Shown here piece after piece: positions 27,979-36,494 of a stretch of DNA of 64,000 bases (position 1 is the stretch's first letter; each line of letters begins with the position of its first letter). The position numbers and the translations under genes are program-made. The DNA is from Planctomycetota bacterium (GTDB lineage: Bacteria > Planctomycetota > GCA-002687715 > CAIWVZ01). The DNA lies in assembly GCA_044222185.1 (NCBI GenBank), contig JBGANV010000005.1, positions 256,001-320,000 on the forward strand. Direction: 5' to 3'. The notes under the pieces are model-generated. The model did not search any database and had not been told where the DNA came from. It saw only the letters and a program-made list of their open reading frames with translations.

Positions 27979-29004
27979 TCAGGAACCGAGGACGTCGAAG
28001 AGCATCTGGATCCGCTCCTCGGTCATCTCAGCGCCGAGGTTGCTCACGCGGAAGATCTCGGATGCGAGCTTGCCCTGTCCCTCGAAGATCACGAAGCCAT
28101 GCTCGTGAGCCCGTTCGGCGAGCTCCGTGGGCCGCCGGTCTCCGCATCGAAACGCGGTCAGGACGTTGCTGCGGAGCCCTTCCGGGAGGAGCGGCTCGAA
28201 GTGGCGACTCCCGTGCGCCCACACGGCGCGTGCAAGGCGAGCGTATCGCGCGGGTCTATCCTCGCACGCGAGGATCTCGAGCGCCGTCTCGAGGGCGATG
28301 AACGCCTGCACGTTCGGCGTGCTGGGGATGCCATGCGCGTACATCCCCAGATCCAGATACGGCACGCTCGACCGAGCGGCGACGTCGTTGCGCCAGAAGA
28401 CGCCGGCGATCCCGGGCAGCGACTCGAGTCCCCGGTTGCTGCTGAAGCAGATCACGTCCGCCCTCGTGTCGACCTGGTGAGCCGCGAACGATCCCACGGC
28501 ATCGACCAGCAGGCGTGCGCCCGTCCGCTTCACGAGATTGGCGATGGGTTCCAGCGGATTCAGCAACCCGGTCGTCGTCTCGTGGTGGACGACGGTCACC
28601 CAGTCCGGTTTGAACTTCTCCAGGCGGGTCGCGAGGTAGTCCAGGTCGGGCGGCGCGCCCCATCCCCACGAGAGCGTCTCGACGGCGGCAGCTTCGATCC
28701 CCTCGAGCGTCTTGCGCATCCGCTCGCCATACACGCCATTCTCGATGACGAGAACGCGATGTCGGACGAGGCTGACGAGCGAGGCGTCGACCGCCAGCGC
28801 TCCGGAACCGTGCAGGAGGCTGAGGCGGTGGGTCTGCGGTGTGAGCCCGGCCGCCTTGTAGAGCCGATCCCGCACGCGCATCCACAGCTCGCGGAACTCG
28901 GGCTGGCGGTGGCACAGCTCGACGTCGAAGAGCGTTTCCTTGATCCGTGGGTGGAGGTTCACGGGCCCCGGATTGAAGAGGACGTAGTCGCGAGGACGCA
29001 TCAC
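27979..29004 (-). CDS. Class V PLP-dependent aminotransferase (PhnW/AEP transaminase-like) with Arg at the PLP-lysine position
   Basis: LFNPGP, GSGALAV, ENGVYGERM, VHHETTTGLLNPL, VDAVGSF, TPNVQ, IFEGQGKL..FRVSNLG. SSNRG occurs where the family has S(A/S)NK. Confidence 0.85.
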   Translation of the reverse strand: MMRPRDYVLFNPGPVNLHPRIKETLFDVELCHRQPEFRELWMRVRDRLYKAAGLTPQTHRLSLLHGSGALAVDASLVSLVRHRVLVIENGVYGERMRKTLEGIEAAAVETLSWGWGAPPDLDYLATRLEKFKPDWVTVVHHETTTGLLNPLEPIANLVKRTGARLLVDAVGSFAAHQVDTRADVICFSSNRGLESLPGIAGVFWRNDVAARSSVPYLDLGMYAHGIPSTPNVQAFIALETALEILACEDRPARYARLARAVWAHGSRHFEPLLPEGLRSNVLTAFRCGDRRPTELAERAHEHGFVIFEGQGKLASEIFRVSNLGAEMTEERIQMLFDVLGS

Positions 29005-29026
29005 GGGAGGGTCTCCGTTCCGAGGC

Positions 29027-30247
29027 TCAATCCGCCTGCTGCGACGCCTGGGCGACCACCGGTTCGGCGACGACGGGCCGCACCAGTTCGCCGAGGACGG
29101 CGTGCCAGGCCGTCACGAGGTTGTTCGCGACGGTCGACCAGCTCAGGTCCCGCGACGCGGCCTGGCTCATCATTCGTCGCGTGCGTACGTCGGCAGTGTT
29201 CTGGAGCAGGTGGATCATCGCGGCGCCGAGTTCGCGCGGCGCTCCCGCCGCGACGTAGAACGGCGCGTTGCCGAACAACTCGCGGTGCATGGCGATGTCC
29301 GAAGCGATGACGCACGCTCCGGCAGCGATCGCCGGAACCGCGCCTCCACCCATGGGAGCAGCGTTCGGGACGTAGACCTCGGCCGTGGCTCCGGCGCGAA
29401 GTGCGGCCAGGTCCTGCGTCGAGATGGCTCCGGTGAAGACGATCTCCGCGACGCCACGCGCACGGAGGCGCTCCGCCACGACCGCCGAAAGCGGCGTCGG
29501 TTCTCCGGCGAACACCAACCACACGAGGTGGCCCGCGGTCCACGCCTGCGACAAGCCCACGAGGATCATCTCGATGTTCGTCTGATCGCCCACCGGGGCG
29601 GCGTGGAGGAAATACGGACCGCCGATCCCGAGCCGCGTCTTCGCCTCGACGATGGCGTGAGGCGTCGGCGGCGTGTCGTCGGCCGTGACGTCCGTCCCAA
29701 CTCCGAGGGACGCGGTCACGTCGTAGGGAAGCTGCGCCTCGGTCATCAATCGCTGCCGCATGACCTCCGTCGCCGTGAGGAACACGAGGCCCGAGCGATC
29801 GAGCTGGTGAAGTCTCGAAACGCGCGCGCGCGTGGCCTCCTCGTTCGTGGCGGACGCCTCCCCGTCGAGGATCGACGCAGTGGCTGGAACACCGGGTGCG
29901 GCGGTCAGCCAGGGGTCCCCGCCACGGAGCGCTTCGAGCGGCGCCAGGATGTGCAGCAAGTCGACCGTCGAGCCGCGGAACGTCTCGTAGGTCGCCACGG
30001 AAACGGTGGGTAACGCGAGGAGGGGATCCAGCGCGGCGTTCGGCGTGAGGTCGTTCCTGACCAGAACGAATCGCCATGCCGGCCGCGACGCCGCGACCTC
30101 GTGCAGCAACCGGAGCTCGTACGCTGCGACTCGTTCCACGCCCTCGCGGCGCTCGTCGGCGACGCGAACGTCCACGGCGATCGTGTGCACGCGGCCGGTC
30201 GTACGCACGAGCGGCCCCTCCGAAGTCTCTTCCCGATGAACCTTCAT
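29027..30247 (-). CDS. GT4-fold glycosyltransferase-like protein with degenerate donor-binding motifs
   Basis: IAVDVR...GVERVAAYEL N-terminus; PYFLH; IVFTGAISTQDLAALRAGA; AGACVIASDI...E; LSWSTVA. EX7E is replaced by PMGGGAVPA. Confidence 0.75.
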   Translation of the reverse strand: MKVHREETSEGPLVRTTGRVHTIAVDVRVADERREGVERVAAYELRLLHEVAASRPAWRFVLVRNDLTPNAALDPLLALPTVSVATYETFRGSTVDLLHILAPLEALRGGDPWLTAAPGVPATASILDGEASATNEEATRARVSRLHQLDRSGLVFLTATEVMRQRLMTEAQLPYDVTASLGVGTDVTADDTPPTPHAIVEAKTRLGIGGPYFLHAAPVGDQTNIEMILVGLSQAWTAGHLVWLVFAGEPTPLSAVVAERLRARGVAEIVFTGAISTQDLAALRAGATAEVYVPNAAPMGGGAVPAIAAGACVIASDIAMHRELFGNAPFYVAAGAPRELGAAMIHLLQNTADVRTRRMMSQAASRDLSWSTVANNLVTAWHAVLGELVRPVVAEPVVAQASQQAD

Positions 30248-30355
30248 GAGGGAACCTTTCGACCATTGCGGCGTCAGTCTTTCACTTTGCCTGCGGTCCG
30301 GTTTGACTTGAAAGTACGATCGCGCTCCGCGCCTCGGTCTTTGAGGGTTGATGAC

Positions 30356-31609
30356 ATGTCGTCGAAAACACGGTGGATCGCAGCGGCGCTGCTTCTCGCC
30401 ACGGCCAGGGCGGCCGGGCAGGGCGCCGACGAAGGCAAGCTGCGCGAGGCCGTCATCGCCTACGTGCAAGCCACGGGGTCCGCGGAGGCTCCGGCGCTGA
30501 AGAAGGCCTGCGACGTCGCGAAGTTCGATTTCGCGACCCTGGCGAGGATCTTCTCGACGTGGCGCCCGCTCACGAAGGCGAAGCCCGGCACCTACCATGA
30601 CGTGGCCTTCACGAGCCGCGGGCAGTCGTGGACGTATTCGATCAGGCTCCCGAAGTCGTATGACGGCACGAAGCGCTTCCCCGTTCTCGTTCTCCCGGAT
30701 CACGGGTCCGTCGATGCGGAGGACGGCATCGCGTTCTGGGAATCGAATCCCGCCGTCGAGACCTGTGTCCTGTTCCGGCCGCAGATCGCCAGGTTCAAGG
30801 AGGACGAGAAGCGCTTCCCCGACCAGCAGTTCTTCGCCATCGACCAGGCGATGGCCGAGGTCATGAACGCGGCCCTCACCCACCTTCGTCTGAACTACGC
30901 CGTCGATCCGTCGGCGTTCACCATGACCGGTCTGTCGCAGGCTGGCTACTACACCTGGTACTACGGAGTGTCCTTCCCCGATCAGTTCGCCGCGATCATC
31001 CCGGAGTCGGCCGGCGGACAGGCAGTCCGTGCCGCAGTACTCCCGCTCGCCGCGAATCTCGCCGGCGTGAACGTGCGCATCCTGCACGGACGGGGCGACC
31101 AGATCTGCCCGTTCGCCGACGCCGAGGCCATGAATGGTGCGTTGAGCTCGGCGGCTCGCGCCAAGCGAGAGTTCATCGTCTACGAGGACGCGGATTACGC
31201 GGGAACCCCACTCGCGAATCGCCACCCCGGCCCGCACCACCTCCGACTGAAGAACGTCATGAGCTGGGTCGGCGCGATGAAGCGAACCGTGCCGACGAGC
31301 GTCGAGCGCGTCATCCGCTACAAGCAACAGGGGCACGAGGGCACCTGGCGGGTGGAACCTCCCCCGACGCCCACCCAGCCCCTGACCGTCAAACTCACCG
31401 AAACGAAGGGCAAGCTCTCGGCCGTCGGCACCAACGCCACCTACCTGGTTTCGATCGCCGAGCTCGTCGCGAACAAGACGTTCACGATCGGGACCCTGAT
31501 CATGGGAACGAAGTCCGACGTCGGGGCAGCGCTCGCATCGTTCAAGGCCACGGGCGATCCCGCCCGCGTGTACGCCGCCGAAGTGTTCGTCCAGCGCGCC
31601 GGTCGCTGA
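30356..31609 (+). CDS. Secreted alpha/beta-hydrolase (esterase/peptidase-like)
   Basis: Signal peptide; YSIRLPKSYDGTKRFPVLV; nucleophile elbow TGLSQAG; FPDQFAAI; LHGRGD. Confidence 0.8.
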   Translation: MSSKTRWIAAALLLATARAAGQGADEGKLREAVIAYVQATGSAEAPALKKACDVAKFDFATLARIFSTWRPLTKAKPGTYHDVAFTSRGQSWTYSIRLPKSYDGTKRFPVLVLPDHGSVDAEDGIAFWESNPAVETCVLFRPQIARFKEDEKRFPDQQFFAIDQAMAEVMNAALTHLRLNYAVDPSAFTMTGLSQAGYYTWYYGVSFPDQFAAIIPESAGGQAVRAAVLPLAANLAGVNVRILHGRGDQICPFADAEAMNGALSSAARAKREFIVYEDADYAGTPLANRHPGPHHLRLKNVMSWVGAMKRTVPTSVERVIRYKQQGHEGTWRVEPPPTPTQPLTVKLTETKGKLSAVGTNATYLVSIAELVANKTFTIGTLIMGTKSDVGAALASFKATGDPARVYAAEVFVQRAGR

Positions 31610-31625
31610 CCGGGCGACGCGGCGT

Positions 31626-32039
31626 TCACCTCGCGCCGCCGTCGGAGACCGTCACCGGCGTCCCGACTTCGGGCACGGAATCCGTCTCGTCGAGAAGGAC
31701 GCGACCGGTGGCCGCCGAGTCCGTGACGGCGACGACCTCGAAGTCGAGACGCATCGCCCGCGGCAACGCCAGCGTGATGGTCTGGCCCGGACGAAGACGC
31801 CGCTCCGGGGGCGTGATGTGAAGGAGCGAAGCGCCGCGATCGAACCGGATGACCTTGACGACGGCATCACGGGTGACCGGAGGCGCTTCGGCGAGCAGCG
31901 CCGCCGCGCCGACGGTCGCGCCGCAGCAACCGATACGCGCGTGCAGGCCGGTCGTGACCACGGCAGTCGACGCCAACAAGGCGACCACGAGGACGTTCGC
32001 GGCGGCGATCTTTACGAGACGTCGATGGTCGGACGGCAT
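31626..32039 (-). CDS. Hypothetical membrane-anchored protein
   Basis: ATG at 32039 after GAGGTG; hydrophobic N-terminus; short beta-rich C-terminus ending PEVGTPVTV. Confidence 0.55.
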   Translation of the reverse strand: MPSDHRRLVKIAAANVLVVALLASTAVVTTGLHARIGCCGATVGAAALLAEAPPVTRDAVVKVIRFDRGASLLHITPPERRLRPGQTITLALPRAMRLDFEVVAVTDSAATGRVLLDETDSVPEVGTPVTVSDGGAR

Positions 32040-32340
32040 GGGGTCACCTCGGGGCAAAAGGTGCCGGAAGCGGGCGGATCATACCGGGCCGATCGTGGAC
32101 TGTCGGCCGCTGCAAAAAAATCCGCGCCCGTGGTTCGGCAGGCCATCGAACGGCGCTCACGCGGCGATCGCGCCGATGCCTGAACTCCCGGAGCGAATGG
32201 GTTCCCGCGAGCCTGTCCGCCATCGGCACCGTCGGTCATGGGCCACTGGCGCGAACCTCCTGTCCCGGTGTAGAAGGGTCGCGACATCGGCGAGCGCTGC
32301 CCCCAGCCCAGGCGCGTTCCCGCAACCGGAGGAGTCCTCC

Positions 32341-33468
32341 ATGTCGCATTCATCGTCGCTTCGCGTTGCTCTCACGTTGGTTGCGGCGTCCGCGTCGCTT
32401 CTGGCCCAGTCCTTCGACATCTGCGGGAACCCGACGGGCTCCGCAGGTCCTGGTGTCGACACGCCGGGAGCCACCGTGAGTTCGTTCACGGGAGTGAACC
32501 CCCGCAGCTCGGATCTGGACACCTGGGGCGGCCTCCTGATCGCCACGAGCGCCTACGCCCCGTTGAGCGGAATCAGGGCCTACGATCCCTTCACCGGGAA
32601 CCTCGTCCAGGCGATCCCCACGAGCTCGACGGCCGAGTTTGGTCTGGCGTTCGATTCCCTGCGAGCGCGCTTCGTGACGACGAACGTGAGCCTGAGCCTC
32701 ATCAACCAGTTCGACGGCGTGAACCCGACGCCGATCGCGTCGCTGCCGGCGCCGGGGCCGGGCGCCACGGGGATCGGGTACGACTCCCTGCGCGACCTCT
32801 ACTGGATCTGTCTGTGGCAGTCGAATTCCATCGTGGCCGTGAGCCCGAGCACGAACGGCGTCGTGTCGACCTACTCGACGGCAAGCTTCGGGTGCACGCG
32901 TCCCGCAGGCGTGGCCTACGACGTCGGGAACGATCTGGTGCTGGTCGGTGGTCGCGATCAGGTCGCCACATTCGCGTTCCACCCGGCGACCGGAGCTCTC
33001 GCCTGGAGCGTCCCCGCGGCCGGGGGAAGCAGCAGTCCCCAGGGCGTCGCGATCTTCCAGAACGATGCGACGGTCTGGACGAGTGCGTTTTCAACCGCCG
33101 GCATCTTCCAGGTCGAGGGCGTCGCCATGCCCACGCTCGTCTTCGACGTCTCCACGCCAGGGGCACTGACGATCGTCATGACCCAGGTCGGCGCCGCGTC
33201 CGACCGGCGTCTCTTCGCGGACGTGATCCCGGGGCCCTACACCGCGAGCGGGCCGTTCGGCGGTGCCAGCGTCAGCTTCAGCCAGGTCCTCCTGACTCTG
33301 TCGTGGCCGGCGGGAGTTGGACCGTTCAGCAACTTCGGACCTGCGGCAACCGTCACCTACGGACCCTTCGCCCTGCCGCCAGGCCTCACTCTCAACGGCG
33401 TGACGGTCGACTTCGTGGGCGGCATCCCCATGCCCCCGTTCGTCGCCGCCGGCGGAACGATCTTCTGA
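32341..33468 (+). CDS. Secreted beta-propeller-like protein with C-terminal beta domain
   Basis: GGAGGAG RBS; signal ...ASLLA|Q; blade repeats GLAFDS, GIGYDS, GVAYDV, PQGVA. Confidence 0.8.
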   Translation: MSHSSSLRVALTLVAASASLLAQSFDICGNPTGSAGPGVDTPGATVSSFTGVNPRSSDLDTWGGLLIATSAYAPLSGIRAYDPFTGNLVQAIPTSSTAEFGLAFDSLRARFVTTNVSLSLINQFDGVNPTPIASLPAPGPGATGIGYDSLRDLYWICLWQSNSIVAVSPSTNGVVSTYSTASFGCTRPAGVAYDVGNDLVLVGGRDQVATFAFHPATGALAWSVPAAGGSSSPQGVAIFQNDATVWTSAFSTAGIFQVEGVAMPTLVFDVSTPGALTIVMTQVGAASDRRLFADVIPGPYTASGPFGGASVSFSQVLLTLSWPAGVGPFSNFGPAATVTYGPFALPPGLTLNGVTVDFVGGIPMPPFVAAGGTIF

Positions 33469-33619
33469 TCCGAATCTGTCCGAGGTGGACGCCCGGGCCG
33501 ACCACGCTCCGATTTCGCCGGCGGCCAACGCAACCGATAGCGCAGGAGTCACTTGCGACGGCCCGACGGCGCGGTCGCGGCCGATCGTCCGTTGAAATCG
33601 CGACCCCGCCGCCGACAGT

Positions 33620-33765
33620 TGCCTTCGCCGAGTGGCTCGCCGCGCGAGTCAACGGGAGACCCACGGACGCGATGGTCGCGGCCAAATGGGGCTAACCGCT
33701 CACGAAAGCGGCGGAGACCTCCAGACTCCGAGCCCGTCAGCTAATCCCGTAGGCGTGTCGGAGGA
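33620..33765 (+). ncRNA. c-di-AMP (ydaO/yuaA) riboswitch
   Basis: CGCCGAG..hairpin..AACGGGAGACC...TGGGGCTAACCGC..GCGG-CGGAG..CTCCGAGCCCGTCAGCTAATCCCGTAGGCG follows the ydaO consensus (CCGAACCCGTCAGCTAAC.CCGTAGGC). Sits in the 5' UTR of a KimA-like gene. Confidence 0.88.
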
Positions 33766-33814
33766 ACGGCGCGCATCGCAGTCGACGCAGTTCCCATTTC
33801 CTGGGATTCGCCTC

Positions 33815-35866
33815 ATGTCGCTTCGCTCTCGCGTCCGTCGCGCCCTCGTGGGCGCTCCGAAGGACGTCAAAGACCCTCATGCGTTCCACCGCCTGTCCCT
33901 CGTGGCCCTCCTCGCCTGGGTCGGACTCGGCGCGGACGGGCTCTCGTCGAGCGCCTACGGTCCCGCCGAGGCGTTCCAGGCGCTCGGCACCCACACCGGG
34001 CTCGCCGTGTTCCTCGCTCTCGCGACCGGGCTGACCGTTCTCGTCATCAGCTACGGGTACAGCCGGATCATCGAGCAGTTCCCGTCGGGCGGCGGCGGCT
34101 ACGTCGTGGCGAGCCGCCTTCTCGGACCGCGGGCCGGTGTCCTCTCGGGGTCGGCACTCCTCGTCGACTACGTTCTGACGATCGCAATCTCGTTGGCGTC
34201 CGGGGCCGACGCCATCCTGAGCTTCCTCCCGGACGAACTCCGAGGCTGGGGGTTCCGGCTTGCGGCCCTTGGCCTCGTGGTGCTGGCCGTCATGAACCTC
34301 CGTGGCGTGAAGGAATCGGTGACGGCCATCGCGCCGATCTTCGTCGTCTTCCTGCTGACTCACGCGACGCTCCTCGTGGCGGCGTTCGTCGGCCACGCGG
34401 GACAGATTCCGGCCGTCGTGCACGAGGTCCGAACGAACGTCGGTGAGAGCGTGGGCGCTCTCGGGCTCATGGGTGCTCTTGGGCTGTTCGTGCGCGCCTA
34501 TTCGCTCGGCGGCGGGACGTACACGGGGATCGAGGCGGTCTCGAACGGTGTGGCACTGATGCGCGAGCCGCGGGTCCAGACCGCCAAGCGGACCATGGGC
34601 CTCATGGGCGTCTCGCTCGCGCTGACGGCCGCGGGGATCCTCATCGCCTATCTGCTCTTCGAGGTGCGCCCCGACGGCACGAACCGGACGCTGAATGCGA
34701 TCCTGCTCGACGCCGTCGCCGGGAAGTGGCAGATCGCGGGGATCTCGGTCGGGAAGGCGTTCGTGATCACGGCGCTGATCAGCGAGGGCGCACTGCTGTT
34801 CGTGGCAGCGCAAGCGGGATTCATCGACGGGCCGCGCGTCATGGCGAACATGGCGAGCGACTCCTGGCTGCCGCACCGGTTCTCGGCTCTCTCCGACCGC
34901 CTCACGATGCAGAACGGCGTGCTCTTGATGGCTGCCGCTGCCGGCGCCGCACTCCTGTACACCGGGTCCAGCGTCTCCAAGCTGGTCGTCATGTACTCGA
35001 TCAACGTCTTCCTCACGTTCTCACTGTCGAACATCGCCATGATCCGATTCTGGCTGACTCGGCGTCAGGTGGAGGCGAAGTGGCGAAAGCACCTTGCGGT
35101 GCATGGACTCGGCGCGCTCTTGTGCATGACGATCCTCGCCGTGACGGTCGTGGAGAAATTCGCAGAGGGCGGCTGGGTCACGCTGGTGATCACGGCGGGT
35201 GTCGCGGCACTGTGCTTCACCGTCAAGCGGCACTACGTCGGCGTCGTGAAGGCGATACGCCAGCTCGATCTGGACCTGCCCGATTCCCTGCAGCGCACGC
35301 CGGTGCCGAGTCGCGACGACCTCGCGGACGTTCCGACGATCGGAGCTCCGGATCCGTCGCACCCGGTCATCATCCTCTTCGTCGGAGCCTATGGCGGACT
35401 TGGCCGGCACGCGCTGATGTCGTCCATGCGCATGTTCCCCGGGCACTTCAAAGGCGTGATCTTCGTCAGCGTCGCCGCCGTCGACTCGGATGCATTCAAG
35501 AGCCTGGACGAGCTGCATCAAGTGGAGAAGCGCACGCGCGACGCCCTGGATGCGTACGTGCATTACGCCGCGTCGCTCGGGTTGCCCGCCGAATCGACCT
35601 ACGCCATCGGCACCGATGTACCGCTGGAGGCGGAAGCCCTCGGACGCGCGCTCATCGCCCGGTATCGCCGGGGCCTGGCCGTCGCCGGCCAACTCGTGTT
35701 CGCCGAGGAAGGCGCGTGGAGTCGACTCCTCCACAACGAAACCGCGTTCGCGATCCAACGCCGCCTGCAACACGCCGGCGTTCCGATGATCGTGGTGCCG
35801 GTCCGGCTCGACCGCCGCGAGCGGCCGACGGCGGGCATCAACTCGCCGCTCGCGCCCGCAGTCTGA
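33815..35866 (+). CDS. kimA: KimA/YdaO-like APC-superfamily potassium transporter
   Basis: ADGLSSSAYG, YSRIIEQFPSGGGGY, LLVDYVLT, NLRGVKES, TGIEAVSNG, KFAEGGW, LHNETA. Upstream c-di-AMP riboswitch supports the call. Confidence 0.85.
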   Translation: MSLRSRVRRALVGAPKDVKDPHAFHRLSLVALLAWVGLGADGLSSSAYGPAEAFQALGTHTGLAVFLALATGLTVLVISYGYSRIIEQFPSGGGGYVVASRLLGPRAGVLSGSALLVDYVLTIAISLASGADAILSFLPDELRGWGFRLAALGLVVLAVMNLRGVKESVTAIAPIFVVFLLTHATLLVAAFVGHAGQIPAVVHEVRTNVGESVGALGLMGALGLFVRAYSLGGGTYTGIEAVSNGVALMREPRVQTAKRTMGLMGVSLALTAAGILIAYLLFEVRPDGTNRTLNAILLDAVAGKWQIAGISVGKAFVITALISEGALLFVAAQAGFIDGPRVMANMASDSWLPHRFSALSDRLTMQNGVLLMAAAAGAALLYTGSSVSKLVVMYSINVFLTFSLSNIAMIRFWLTRRQVEAKWRKHLAVHGLGALLCMTILAVTVVEKFAEGGWVTLVITAGVAALCFTVKRHYVGVVKAIRQLDLDLPDSLQRTPVPSRDDLADVPTIGAPDPSHPVIILFVGAYGGLGRHALMSSMRMFPGHFKGVIFVSVAAVDSDAFKSLDELHQVEKRTRDALDAYVHYAASLGLPAESTYAIGTDVPLEAEALGRALIARYRRGLAVAGQLVFAEEGAWSRLLHNETAFAIQRRLQHAGVPMIVVPVRLDRRERPTAGINSPLAPAV

Positions 35867-35886
35867 TTGCGCTGGTCCGGCCGCGC

Positions 35887-36400
35887 GGAGCGCCAAGCTC
35901 CAGCTTGGCTGGACGGGCCGGGCTCCAGCCCGGCCCGGGTTCTCCAACACGCGTTTCGCGGTCGATGGCTGGCAGGGGCGCTGGCGGACGAATGACGGTT
36001 AGGCGCGTTCGCGGCCGGGCTGGAGCCCTGCCAACCGGCCAGGTGAAACCTGGCGCTCCTGGCCGGCCCGACTTCGTCGTCACGCGTTCGGCGCCGCGCA
36101 CTGCAACCGATGGCTGGCAGGGGCGCTGGCGGACGAACGACGGTCAGCGGCGTTCGCGGCAGGGCTGGAGCCCTGCCAACCGGCCAGGTGGAACCTGGCG
36201 CTCCGGCCGGCCGCGCGGAGCGCCAAGCTCCAGCTTGGCTGGATGGGCCGGGCTCCAGCCCGGCCCGGGATCTCCAACGCGCATTCGGCGCCGCACACCG
36301 CAGTCCATGGCTGGCAGTCGCGCCGCCGAACGAACGCGGGTCAGCCGGGTTCGCGGCAGGGCTGGAGCCCGGCGAGCCGGCGAGGTGGAAACTGCCGCGC
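35887..36400. repeat. BIME-like array of REP-like double-hairpin units in both orientations
   Basis: Units at 35887-35936 (+), 36013-36059 (-), 36158-36204 (-), 36217-36266 (+) and 36355-36400 (-, degenerate). The leader (C)ATGGCTGGCAG...ACGAA...GTTCGCGGC occurs three times. Confidence 0.88.
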
Positions 36401-36494
36401 CGAAAAAGCGGTGAACCGCGTGCGGCAAACGGCGTTCATCAGGGCAGCCGTGCGCCAGCTCCGGGCGCGAGGCCCCAGAAGGAACAGCCAAAAC

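Noticed and set aside
35887-36400. CRISPR array
   Set aside because: Units alternate in orientation, the intervening sequences are themselves repeated, and no cas genes are present; REP/BIME-like fits better.
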